NCBI GenBank assembly: GCA_963805625.1
Contig: CAWDVE010000020.1
Location: 12,521-76,520, forward strand
DNA length: 64,000 bases
Source of the DNA: an uncultured Candidatus Rokubacteria bacterium
Lineage (GTDB): Bacteria; Methylomirabilota; Methylomirabilia; Rokubacteriales; DASRDR01
Reading direction: 5' to 3'
Position numbers and translations under genes: made by a program
The notes under the pieces: model-generated
What the model was told of the DNA's origin: nothing
Database searches by the model: none
Seen by the model: the letters and a program-made list of their open reading frames with translations, nothing else
Part shown: positions 18,807-27,530 of the stretch, in pieces
Layout of the letters: every line of letters begins with the position of its first letter
Position numbering within the stretch: the stretch's first letter is position 1

Positions 18807-19668
18807 GCGGGCGCCCCTCCCACGTGAGCTGGGAGAGCGGAACCTCCGCCTCCGTCCCGTCGGCGAAGCCGACGAGCACCGACTCCTTGAGGACCTTCAC
18901 GGCCCGGACGCGCCCCTCCATGCACCCGCCCCCGCCGCACTCGGCCTGACAGGCGGAGCCGACGCGCGGCAGCTGGGCGCGCAGCGCCTCGTACTGTGAG
19001 AACTCGTAGAGGAGGCAGCACTTGAGCCGGCCGCAGTTTCCGAGGAGGCGGCTGTCGTTCAGCGGCACGTCCTGGCTCTTGGCCATCTTCACCGACACGG
19101 GCTCGAACCCGCGCAGGTGGGTCGAGCAGCAGAGCTGGCGGCCGCAGGGCCCGATGCCGTCCTGCACCTTCGTCACGTCGCGGGCGCCGACCTGTCGCAT
19201 CTCGATGCGGGCGCGAAACTCCCGGGCCAGGTCTCGCACCAGCTCGCGGAAGTCGATCCGCGTCTCGGCGGCGAAGAGCACCGTCACGCGCCGGCCATCC
19301 GGCGTCAGCTCGACGTCGACGACCTTCAGCGCGAGCCCGCGCCCCTGGGCCCGGAGCTGGCACGTCCTCACCGCGGCCACCTCGCGCTCGCGGCGCCGCG
19401 CTTCCTCCACCACCTCCTCCGGGGTCGCGAGCCGCAGCACCCGAGGATAGACACGGTCGCGCTTGATCGCGGGCAGGTCCCGGGCCGGTCGCCGGACTTG
19501 GCCGACCGCGTGGCCACGCGGCACCTCGACGAGGCAGTGATCACCCACATGCAGCGCAAGGTCCTCGACGAGGTAGTCGTCGGCCCGGCCGCCCGCGCGG
19601 AGGCGTACGCCGATCAGCCGCCGCGGCGGCGACGGGGCGCCCTGGAGCTCGTCCGGCGCGTCGTGCAT
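18787..19668 (-). CDS. ricT: PSP1-domain protein (RicT/YaaT family)
   Basis: ATG at 19668 within track ORF 18787..19728. GPCGRQLCCSTHLRGFEPVSVKMAKSQD...GNCGRLKCCLLYE is the PSP1 C-terminal signature. Confidence 0.85.
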   Translation of the reverse strand: MHDAPDELQGAPSPPRRLIGVRLRAGGRADDYLVEDLALHVGDHCLVEVPRGHAVGQVRRPARDLPAIKRDRVYPRVLRLATPEEVVEEARRREREVAAVRTCQLRAQGRGLALKVVDVELTPDGRRVTVLFAAETRIDFRELVRDLAREFRARIEMRQVGARDVTKVQDGIGPCGRQLCCSTHLRGFEPVSVKMAKSQDVPLNDSRLLGNCGRLKCCLLYEFSQYEALRAQLPRVGSACQAECGGGGCMEGRVRAVKVLKESVLVGFADGTEAEVPLSQLTWEGRPHVKPLP

Positions 19669-19681
19669 TGGCGTTCCGCCC

Positions 19682-20686
19682 CTACGCGGCCGCCCCGCCG
19701 AGCCCGAGCAGCGCGGTCTCGAGCGCAAGCCGGGGGTTCACGTTGCCCTCGAGCGCCACCCAGGCGGCCTTCACCCGCGCGAGCGCCGCGGTGAGCGCCG
19801 GCACCGGCATGCGCGCCGCCAGGGCCCGGAGGGCAACCTCCTGATCCGCGTTGACGAGGAGCGCTGGGGAGCCGCCCGCCGCGAGGCAGAGCGCGTCCCG
19901 GTACCAGGCCCAGTAGAGCTCGAGGTAAGTCGCCACCGTCGCGCGATCGGTCGGCGCCCCGTCGAGCGCGATGCCGAGCCGCGCCGTGGGCTCCGCCGCC
20001 AGCGCAAGCGCCGCCTCCCGGCGGGCCCGGAGCGCGTCGAGATCCGTCCCCAGCGCGAGCCCCGGGCGCCCCTGCGCGAGCCGCGCCAGGAGCTCGCTGG
20101 CCCCGGGCGCGACGCCGCGGCCTTCCAGGAGCCGCGCCGCGTCGGTCTCGCTGAGCGGCCCGAACCGCACCCGCTGGCAGCGCGAGAGGAGCGTCGGCGG
20201 CAAGGCGCGCGGGTTGGCGATGATCAGCACCAGATAGGTCCGCGGCGGCGGCTCCTCGACCGTCTTGAGGAGGGCCTGCGCGGTCGGGAGCGTCATGCGC
20301 TCCGCGTCGTCCAGGACGAACACCTTGCGGCCCGCCTCGTGCGGGGCCAGCGCCGCCGTGCGCTCGAGCTCCCGGACCTGCTCGATCCGGATCATCGGGG
20401 CGCCCTTCGGATTGTCCCGCGGCGGCGTGGGCGTGATGAGGTGGCAGTCGGGGTACTGGCCGGCGGCCACGCGCCGGCAGACCGCGCACGTCCCGCATCC
20501 CTGGGCGGCGCAGAGCGCTGCCTGGGCGAACGCGATCGCCGTCAGTCGACGGCCGACGCCCGAGGGCCCGACGAAGGCGTAGGCGTGGGCCAGCCGGTCG
20601 AGCGCGATCGCGCGCTGAAGCAACGTGACCGCCGCCGACTGGCCGACGATGCCCGCCCAGGCTCCGGGCTCGCCCGCGAGCGTCAT
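19682..20686 (-). CDS. holB: DNA polymerase III subunit delta'
   Basis: ATG at 20686 (ATGA overlap with the tmk stop). LAHAYAFVGPSGVGRR, CGTCAVCRRV, VFVLDDAERM, ALLKTVEEPP and LLSRCQ are present. Confidence 0.85.
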   Translation of the reverse strand: MTLAGEPGAWAGIVGQSAAVTLLQRAIALDRLAHAYAFVGPSGVGRRLTAIAFAQAALCAAQGCGTCAVCRRVAAGQYPDCHLITPTPPRDNPKGAPMIRIEQVRELERTAALAPHEAGRKVFVLDDAERMTLPTAQALLKTVEEPPPRTYLVLIIANPRALPPTLLSRCQRVRFGPLSETDAARLLEGRGVAPGASELLARLAQGRPGLALGTDLDALRARREAALALAAEPTARLGIALDGAPTDRATVATYLELYWAWYRDALCLAAGGSPALLVNADQEVALRALAARMPVPALTAALARVKAAWVALEGNVNPRLALETALLGLGGAAA

Positions 20687-21345
20687 GCGGACGCGAGCCC
20701 GAGCCGCCGACCAACGAGGCGGGCGATCTCCGCGGCGACCACCGGCCGGGCACGGTCTGTGTCGACCACGATGACGCGATCGGGCTCCCGGTCCCGAATG
20801 GCCCAGAAGCCCTTCCGCACCCGCTCGTGGAACTCGAGCGCGAGCCGCTCGAACGGGTCGCACGCGGCGAGCGCGCCTCGGCGGGCCCGCACGCGGCGCA
20901 GACCTTCGGCGACGTCGAGATCCAGCACGAGCGTCAGATCGGGCATGACACCGTCCGTCGCCAGGCGGTTCAACTGGGCGATGGTCTCGAGCGGCAGGCC
21001 CCGGCCGTACCCCTGGTAGGCGACGGTCGAGTCCACGTAGCGGTCACACAGGACGACCTGGCCCGCCGCGAGGGCCGGGCGGATCACCCGCTCGACGTGC
21101 TCGGCCCGGCTCGCGGCGAAGAGGAAGGCCTCCGTCAGGGGCGTGACACGATCGACCTCGCCGAGCACCCGCCGGAGGCTGGCCCCGAGGGCGGTCCCGT
21201 CGGGCTCGGCCGTCGCGACGACGGGCACCCCGCGCTCCACCAGCCAGGCGCGCAGGGCCTCGACGTGGGTGGACTTGCCTGCCCCCTCGACGCCCTCCAC
21301 CGTGATCAGGCGACCCCGGGGGCCGTCGGGACGCGCGACCGCCAT
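20683..21345 (-). CDS. tmk: Thymidylate kinase
   Basis: 220 aa. ITVEGVEGAGKST P-loop, DRYVDSTVAYQGYGRGL and a lid region. Confidence 0.9.
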   Translation of the reverse strand: MAVARPDGPRGRLITVEGVEGAGKSTHVEALRAWLVERGVPVVATAEPDGTALGASLRRVLGEVDRVTPLTEAFLFAASRAEHVERVIRPALAAGQVVLCDRYVDSTVAYQGYGRGLPLETIAQLNRLATDGVMPDLTLVLDLDVAEGLRRVRARRGALAACDPFERLALEFHERVRKGFWAIRDREPDRVIVVDTDRARPVVAAEIARLVGRRLGLASA

Positions 21346-21379
21346 GGTGCCGTCACGCTATCACACGCGGGCCGGGGCG

Positions 21380-22522
21380 TCACGCGCTGGAGGTCGGCAC
21401 CCCCAGGAGCGGGAAGACGAGCCGCCGGAGTTCGGCGACCTGGCGCTCGGCGAACTCCCGCGCCGGACGCACCGCCTCGAGCGGCAGGACCGGGGGTTCG
21501 TCCCACAGGGTCCGCCGGCCGCCGAGATAGGGCGCCGCGTCGACGACGAAGGCGGCCGGGAGCGCGGGCGGCAGCGTCACCCCGTTCATGAGCGCCCAGG
21601 CGGCCGTCCACGCCCGGGCAACGTTCGACAGGTCGTAGCCTCCGCCGCCGAGCGCGACCAGGCGCGGCGCGAGCCCGATGATGCGGCGCACGGCCGCCAC
21701 GAAGCCGTCGACCGACAGCGCGAGGTGCGTCAGCGGATCCGTGCGATGCCCGTCGATGCCGAGCTGGGCAACGACGACGTCCGCGCCGAAGGCGCGGAGC
21801 ACTGGGGGGACGACCGCGTCGAACGCGTCGAGGTAGACCGTGTCGTCGGTGTAGGGGTTCAGCGGCAGGTTCACCGCGTACCCGCGCCCGGGCCCCTCGC
21901 CCAACTCGTCGACGGCCCCGGTCCCCGGGAACAGGCGGTCCCCGCGCTCGTGAGTGGAGATCGTCAGCACGTCCGCGCTCCGGTAGAACGCTGCCTGCAC
22001 GCCGTCACCGTGATGCGCGTCGATGTCGACGTAGGCAACACGTAGACCGTGGCGACGGAGCGCCAGGATCGCGAGAACCGCGTCGTTCAAGTAGCAGAAT
22101 CCGGACGCGAGGGCCGGCATCGCGTGATGGAGCCCCCCCGCGAATGCGAAGGCCCGCGCGACGTCGCCTCGTGCCACCAGCTCGGCCGCGAGAATCGAGC
22201 CGCCGCAAGCGAGCGCCGAAGCCTCGTACACCCCGGGCCAGATCGGGTTGTCGCCGGGACCAAGGCCGTACCGGTAGGCCTCGGGCACCGCCTCGCCGGC
22301 GCCGGCGGCCCGGAGCACGGCGAGGTACTCCTCGGTGTGGAACTCCCGGAGCGCCGCCTCCGTCGCGGGCACCGGCGGGAGCACCTCGGTGCCGGGCAGC
22401 CGCGTGAGCCCGTAGGCGTCCATGAGCCCGAACGTCAACCCGAGCCGCTCCATGCGAAGCGGATGCTCCGGCCCGTAGTCGAAGCGCTTGTAGGCGTCCG
22501 AGTGGATGAGGGCCGTCCTCAT
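21380..22522 (-). CDS. Histone deacetylase-family (AcuC/AphA-like) deacetylase
   Basis: 380 aa. GGLHHAM, YVDIDAHHGDGVQ and GGGGY motifs. The ATG overlaps the moaC stop (ATGA). Confidence 0.85.
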   Translation of the reverse strand: MRTALIHSDAYKRFDYGPEHPLRMERLGLTFGLMDAYGLTRLPGTEVLPPVPATEAALREFHTEEYLAVLRAAGAGEAVPEAYRYGLGPGDNPIWPGVYEASALACGGSILAAELVARGDVARAFAFAGGLHHAMPALASGFCYLNDAVLAILALRRHGLRVAYVDIDAHHGDGVQAAFYRSADVLTISTHERGDRLFPGTGAVDELGEGPGRGYAVNLPLNPYTDDTVYLDAFDAVVPPVLRAFGADVVVAQLGIDGHRTDPLTHLALSVDGFVAAVRRIIGLAPRLVALGGGGYDLSNVARAWTAAWALMNGVTLPPALPAAFVVDAAPYLGGRRTLWDEPPVLPLEAVRPAREFAERQVAELRRLVFPLLGVPTSSA

Positions 22523-23025
22523 CGTCGCACCCAGTGGCCGCTCCGGCCCCCCGATTTCTCGATCAGGCAGAGGTTCGTGAGCCGTATCCCCCGGTCGATC
22601 GCCTTCACCATGTCGTAGATCGCGAGCCCCGCCCCGGCGGCCGCCGTCAGCGCCTCCATCTCAACGCCGGTCTTGTCCACGGTGCGCACGGCCGTCTCGA
22701 CGTGCACCGCCGAACGCGCGCGGTCCAGAGTGAACCGCACGTCGATGCCCGTGAGCCGGAGCGGGTGGCAGAGGGGAATGAGCTCGGCCGTCCGCTTGGC
22801 GGCCATGATTCCCGCCAGCCGGGCGACGCCGAGGACATCCCCCTTAACCACCTCGCCTCTCCGGATCGCCCGGAGGGTGGCCGGCCGGAGACGCAGGGTG
22901 ACGCGGGCGCGCGCCTCGCGCACCGTGTCGGGCTTGGCGGAGATGTCGACCATGCGGGCCTTGCCCTGGCGGTCCACGTGACTCAGGCCCGACAGGCCGG
23001 GCTCGGGGCCCCGGTGGGGGCCCAC
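22519..23025 (-). CDS. moaC: Cyclic pyranopterin monophosphate synthase
   Basis: GTG at 23025 within track ORF 22519..23169. LSHVD..GKARMVDISAK, KGDVLGVARLAGIMAAKRT..LIPLCHPL and GVEMEALTAA are present. Confidence 0.85.
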   Translation of the reverse strand: MGPHRGPEPGLSGLSHVDRQGKARMVDISAKPDTVREARARVTLRLRPATLRAIRRGEVVKGDVLGVARLAGIMAAKRTAELIPLCHPLRLTGIDVRFTLDRARSAVHVETAVRTVDKTGVEMEALTAAAGAGLAIYDMVKAIDRGIRLTNLCLIEKSGGRSGHWVRR

Positions 23026-23190
23026 GGCGGAACGCGCCGCGCCGCGCCGACGGGCACCGAGAGGTGCGGGATCAGCGCGGAGCGAGGATGAGCGGGGGGA
23101 GCCCGGGCGCCGGGTCACAGACACACCGCGCCCCGCGCGGGCCCGGGTGCCCGCGGTCGCGCGGGGCATGGGCCGAGAAGACCGCCGGCC

Positions 23191-23427
23191 TCAGGCCGAC
23201 AGCTGGGCGGCGGCCTGATTCTGCCGGATGAGGGTCTCCATGCGGTCCTTGCGGATCAGCTTGAGCTTCTTCAGCTCGCTCTCGCGCCACTGCTGCTCGG
23301 GTGAGAGGAACGGGCGGGCCTGGAGCTCTGCCAGCTCCCGCTCGTGCGCCTGATGCTCGTCACGCAACCGCCGGAACTCCTCGTTGAGCTCGGTCAGGCG
23401 CTGGACGACGATGTCGCGATCCGGCAT
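23191..23427 (-). CDS. DUF465 (YdcH-like) small coiled-coil protein
   Basis: 78 aa with a strong SD (GGAAGGAGGGAGC before the ATG). The EL.RLR.EH..LE pattern is typical of DUF465. Confidence 0.7.
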   Translation of the reverse strand: MPDRDIVVQRLTELNEEFRRLRDEHQAHERELAELQARPFLSPEQQWRESELKKLKLIRKDRMETLIRQNQAAAQLSA

Positions 23428-23447
23428 GCTCCCTCCTTCCGGCTCAG

Positions 23448-23481
23448 AAAAAAAGGCCAGCGCCCACGCGGGCGACTGGCC
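23448..23481 (-). terminator. Intrinsic terminator (GC hairpin plus U7) ending 20 nt upstream of the DUF465 start codon
   Basis: The minus strand reads GGCCAGTCGCCCGCGTGGGCGCTGGCC TTTTTTT. Confidence 0.6.
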
Positions 23482-23633
23482 ATCTCAGTAATCGGGTCTG
23501 GCTTTCGGGTGCCACGCACTCGGCCTCCCGTCGACGTCCGGGGTCGGGCCTGCCGCGTTCAGCCCCCTTGTAGCAGACGGCTCCAAGCCGTGTCAAGCCG
23601 GGCACGCCCCGGACACTTTCCTGGCGCGGACCG

Positions 23634-24737
23634 TCAAGACGAGGGACCGGCGCCACGCCGGACGAGATGGACCGCCGTCGCCTTGAACGTCACCTCGACC
23701 AACACCCCCGGGGCGAGCGTGAGCGTCTGGACGGCCGGACGCGTCACAAGCGCGGTGAGCGGCACCCCGCAGTCGACGCCCACCCGCCAGAGGGGCCCGA
23801 GGGGCGTGACGCGGGCGATGCGGCCGGCCAGACGGTTCTGGGCGCTCGTCGGGCCGCGGACCCCGGGTGGAGCGAGCGTGAGATCCTCCGGCCGGAGGCC
23901 GACCAGGACACGCTCGCCCGGACGAGCCTCCCCGGCAACGGTCACCCGCACCGGCCCCACCTCCACCTCGATCAGGCCGTCGGCATGCGCCGCGACGCGC
24001 CCGGGCAGGAGGTTCTCGACGCCGACGAAGCGGGCGACCGCCTCGCTGCCGGGCGCCCCAAAGACCCGCTCGGGCAGCCCGAGGTCGGCGAGCCGCCCCT
24101 CGAGGAGGACGGCCACGCGGTCCCCGAGCCGCAGCGCCTCGGCGCGGTCGTGCGTGACCAGCACCGTCGTGGTCCGGGTCGCGCCGAGGAGCCGCCCCAG
24201 GTCGTCGAGCAGCGCCTCGCGCGTCGGGGCGTCGAGCGCCGCGAACGGCTCGTCGAGGAAGAGCACCTCCGGCATGGCGGCGAAGGCCCGGGCAAGGCTC
24301 GTCCGCTGGGCCTCGCCTCCCGACAGCCGGTCCGTCGGCCGATCGGCCAGCGCGCCGATGCCGAGCCGTCCGAGCCAGTCGAGGGCGCGCCGGTCGGCCT
24401 CCGAGCGGGCCACGCCGCGCAGCCGACACGCGAGTCGGGCGTTGTAGAGGACGGAGCCCCGGCAGAGCAGCGGCTCTTGGAAGACGCACGCCATGCGGCG
24501 TCGCCAGGCGAGCCGCTCGGCCTCGGTCCGCGGCGCCACGCCCTGGAACCGCACGGTGCCTCGGGTGGGCCGTGCGAGGAGCGCGAGCACGCGGAGGAGC
24601 GTGGACTTCCCGGCGCCGTTCGGCCCGATCACGGCCAGCACCTCCCCCGGCACCACCTCGAGCGCCGGGACGTCGAGGACGGGCTGCCCGTCGTACCGCA
24701 CCTCGACGTCCGCAGCCTCGAGGACCGGCGTGCTCAC
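23634..24737 (-). CDS. tupC: ABC transporter ATPase, TupC-like, with a C-terminal TOBE/Mop-type domain
   Basis: The GTG at 24737 overlaps the upstream stop (GTGA). GPNGAGKSTLL, LSGGEAQRTSLARA and LFLDEPFAALD are present. A C-terminal beta-rich TOBE-like tail ends in KATAVHLV. Confidence 0.75.
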   Translation of the reverse strand: MSTPVLEAADVEVRYDGQPVLDVPALEVVPGEVLAVIGPNGAGKSTLLRVLALLARPTRGTVRFQGVAPRTEAERLAWRRRMACVFQEPLLCRGSVLYNARLACRLRGVARSEADRRALDWLGRLGIGALADRPTDRLSGGEAQRTSLARAFAAMPEVLFLDEPFAALDAPTREALLDDLGRLLGATRTTTVLVTHDRAEALRLGDRVAVLLEGRLADLGLPERVFGAPGSEAVARFVGVENLLPGRVAAHADGLIEVEVGPVRVTVAGEARPGERVLVGLRPEDLTLAPPGVRGPTSAQNRLAGRIARVTPLGPLWRVGVDCGVPLTALVTRPAVQTLTLAPGVLVEVTFKATAVHLVRRGAGPSS

Positions 24738-25855
24738 ACGCCTGCCAGCACCTGGAGCGCGCCCCGATGCATCGAGACCTGCCATTCTCGATCACGGCCG
24801 ATGTCTAGGATCTCGTAGACGAGCTGCGGGATCTCGATCTCGAGGTCATGGGTGCCCTGGCTCGGCGGCCCGGGCGCGGTGATCCGGAAGAGCAGCGTCC
24901 ACGACGTCCCGTGGTCGATCGCGTCGACGACCGTCCCCGGCAAGAGATTCATGTGGTGGACCGGATCGGGCCCGACCCGGTCCTTCCGGATGAGCCGCAC
25001 GTGCTCGGGCCGGACGACGAACGCGACCGATGTGTTCGGCGGGGCCTGGAACGGCGCGGTGGGCGAGTTGACCGCCTCGACCGTGTGCCCGCGCCAGGCG
25101 ATCTCGATGCGATCCGGCGCGGTCTTGACCACGGTGCCCCGGACGACGTTACGGAGCCCGATGAGCCGCGCGACGGTCTCGGAGGCCGGGCGACCGAGGA
25201 CCTCAGCCTTCGGCCCGGCCTGGACGACCCGGCCGCCCTCGTAGAGCACCAGGCGGTCGCCGAGCTGGTAGGCCTCGGCGAGATCGTGGGTGACGAGCAC
25301 GACGGTCCGTCGGAGCCCGGCCACCAGGGCACGCAGCTCGTCACGCAGCTGCCGGCGGAGCGGGGTATCGAGGGCGGAGAGGGGCTCATCGAGGAGCAGC
25401 ACGGCGGGATCCGGCGCAATCGCGCGCCCCAGGGCGACGCGCTGCTGCTCGCCCCCGGAGAGGTCCCGGGGATGGCGTGCGGCCAGATCCCCAATCCCCA
25501 GCTGGCCGAGGATGTCCGCTGTGCGGCGCCGCCGCTCGCCCGCCGGGCGGCCGCGCAGGCCGAAGGCGACGTTCTCCGCCACGGTGAGATGCGGGAAGAG
25601 GGCATAGCCCTGGAAGACATACCCGAGGTGGCGCGCCTGCGGCGGAAGATGGACTCCCGCGGCCGAATCGTCGAAGACCCGCCCGTTGACCACGACCCGC
25701 CCGGCGTCGGGGCGAGCCAGGCCGGCCAGGCACTGGAGCGTCAGACTCTTTCCCGCGCCGGACGGGCCGAAGAGCGTGACGACCTCGTCGCCCGCGGCCC
25801 AGGCGACGTCGAGCGTGAAGCCGGGCAGCGCCTTCCGGAGCGCGACCTCGATCAT
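24734..25855 (-). CDS. modC: Molybdate-type ABC transporter ATPase with a C-terminal TOBE-like domain
   Basis: 373 aa. FGPSGAGKSLTL, LSGGEQQRVALGRA and LLLDEPLSALD are present. The N-terminus resembles ModC. Confidence 0.75.
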   Translation of the reverse strand: MIEVALRKALPGFTLDVAWAAGDEVVTLFGPSGAGKSLTLQCLAGLARPDAGRVVVNGRVFDDSAAGVHLPPQARHLGYVFQGYALFPHLTVAENVAFGLRGRPAGERRRRTADILGQLGIGDLAARHPRDLSGGEQQRVALGRAIAPDPAVLLLDEPLSALDTPLRRQLRDELRALVAGLRRTVVLVTHDLAEAYQLGDRLVLYEGGRVVQAGPKAEVLGRPASETVARLIGLRNVVRGTVVKTAPDRIEIAWRGHTVEAVNSPTAPFQAPPNTSVAFVVRPEHVRLIRKDRVGPDPVHHMNLLPGTVVDAIDHGTSWTLLFRITAPGPPSQGTHDLEIEIPQLVYEILDIGRDREWQVSMHRGALQVLAGV

Positions 25856-25862
25856 GGCCGCC

Positions 25863-26543
25863 TCAGAGCCGGCTTCCCAGGCGGCTCGCCAGCACGACGA
25901 CGGCGCATGACAGCGTGGTGAGGACGACCACCAGGACGAGTGCCTCCTCCGTCTCGCCCGTGGACACGGCCGTGTAGATGGCGAGCGGCACCGTCGTCGT
26001 CCGCCCCGGGATGTTCCCCGCCAGCATGAGGGTGGCCCCGAACTCTCCGAGCGCGCGGGCGAAGGCGAGGACCAGGCCGGCGACGATCCCGCGGCGCGCG
26101 AGCGGCAGGGTCACCTCGAGCGCCGTGCGCCACTCGGAGCGGCCGAGGACGAAGGCGGCACGCTCGAGATCGGGGTTCACGCTCTCGATCGCGGCGCGGG
26201 CGGGCCGGACGAGGAGCGGCAGCGCCATCACCCCGGCCGCCACCACCGCGGCGTACCAGGTGAACGGCAGGCTCCACCCGGTGAGCGTGTAGAGCGGGCC
26301 ACCCAGCCAACCCCGCCGGCCCAGGAGGACGATCAGGTAGTAGCCCGTCACCGTGGGCGGGAGCACGAGCGGCAGCATCACGAGCACGTCGAGCGCCTGC
26401 CGGCCCCAGAAGCGCCGCTTGGCGAGCAGGTAGGCAAGCGGGATTCCCACGAGCGCGTCCGCGAGCGTCGCGAGCAGCGACACGCGGATCGAGAGCCACA
26501 GCGCGCTGGTCGCAGCCTCGGGCATCAGGGCCGACTGTAGCAT
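25863..26543 (-). CDS. modB: Molybdate ABC transporter permease
   Basis: 226 aa. LVLPPTVTGYYL and ARALGEFGATLMLAGNIPGRTTTVPLAIY are the ModB signature. Confidence 0.85.
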   Translation of the reverse strand: MLQSALMPEAATSALWLSIRVSLLATLADALVGIPLAYLLAKRRFWGRQALDVLVMLPLVLPPTVTGYYLIVLLGRRGWLGGPLYTLTGWSLPFTWYAAVVAAGVMALPLLVRPARAAIESVNPDLERAAFVLGRSEWRTALEVTLPLARRGIVAGLVLAFARALGEFGATLMLAGNIPGRTTTVPLAIYTAVSTGETEEALVLVVVLTTLSCAVVVLASRLGSRL

Positions 26544-26577
26544 GCGGGCGCGGGCGGGCCCTCGGCCCGCCCCGGCC

Positions 26578-27273
26578 TCAGACGCGGCCGCGCTGCTGGA
26601 TCCAGGTGAGCGCCCAGTTCACGAGGAACGTGAGCGTCAGCAGGATGATCGACAGCGCGATCGCGACGTCGAAGTTCCCCTTGCTCGTCTCGAGGACCGT
26701 CGCCGTCGTGAGGACCCGGGTCTGCCCCCGGATGTTGCCCCCCACCATGAGCGAGGCGCCCACCTCCGAGATCACCGCGCCGAAGCCCGCCATCAGCGCG
26801 GCGAGGAGCGGGAGCCGCGCCTCCCGGATCAGGATCCCGAGGAGCTGGAGCCGCGAGGCCCCGAGCGCTTGCACCTGGAGCCGGAAGCGCTCCGGGATCT
26901 GCTGGACCGCGGCCAGCGTGAGCCCCGTCACGACCGGGGCCGCGATCACGAACTGCGCGACGATGATCGCCGTCGGTGTGTAGAGGAGCTCCAGCGCGCC
27001 GAGTGGGCCGCTCCGCCACAGCACGATCGAGACGAAGAGCCCCACGACCACCGGCGGCAGGCCCATTCCGGTGTTGACCAGGGCGACGACGAGCCCGCGC
27101 CCCGGGAAGCGCACGAGGGCGAGGACGGTCCCGAGCGGCATCCCGACGAGAAGGGACAGCACGGTCGCCGCCCCCGAGAGCCTGAGCGAGAGCCACGTGA
27201 CGCCGAGGAGCTCGGCGTCGGCGGCCGCCAGGAGCGCGCCCGCCTGGAAGAATCCGTCCGCGATCAGCCCCAC
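26578..27273 (-). CDS. tupB: Tungstate-type ABC transporter permease
   Basis: 231 aa. GLPPVVVGL and ISEVGASLMVGGNIRGQTRVLTTA resemble TupB-type permeases. Confidence 0.75.
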   Translation of the reverse strand: MGLIADGFFQAGALLAAADAELLGVTWLSLRLSGAATVLSLLVGMPLGTVLALVRFPGRGLVVALVNTGMGLPPVVVGLFVSIVLWRSGPLGALELLYTPTAIIVAQFVIAAPVVTGLTLAAVQQIPERFRLQVQALGASRLQLLGILIREARLPLLAALMAGFGAVISEVGASLMVGGNIRGQTRVLTTATVLETSKGNFDVAIALSIILLTLTFLVNWALTWIQQRGRV

Positions 27274-27295
27274 GCCGCCACCGCGCCCGCCGGCT

Positions 27296-27505
27296 CTACT
27301 CCTTCCCCACGATGACGTCCGAGGCCTTGATGATCGCCAGGGCGCGGTCGCCCCTCTTGAGCCTGAGCTCCCGGATGGCTTCCATCGTCACCGACGCGGT
27401 GACGATCGCGCCGCCGCCGACATCGAGCTTCACATGGCCCGTCGTCGTCCCGCGGACGACGCGCACCACTCGCCCCCTGAGCACGTTGCGCGCGCTGAGC
27501 TTCAC
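27296..27505 (-). CDS. mop: Molbindin (single Mop/TOBE domain molybdate/tungstate-binding protein)
   Basis: 69 aa. MKLSARNVLRGRVVRV...VTMEAIRELRLKRGDRALAIIKASDVIV is a classic Mop pattern. Confidence 0.8.
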   Translation of the reverse strand: MKLSARNVLRGRVVRVVRGTTTGHVKLDVGGGAIVTASVTMEAIRELRLKRGDRALAIIKASDVIVGKE

Positions 27506-27530
27506 GCTCTGGTCCTCCGTGACCGGGCGC

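Noticed and set aside
23428-23633. Assigning the structured intergenic RNA to SRP RNA, 6S RNA, a cobalamin riboswitch or a Moco riboswitch
   Set aside because: I could not find the diagnostic strings (the SRP GGAA/AGCAGCC domain IV, the B12 box, the 6S closing-stem architecture). It is left as an unclassified candidate.
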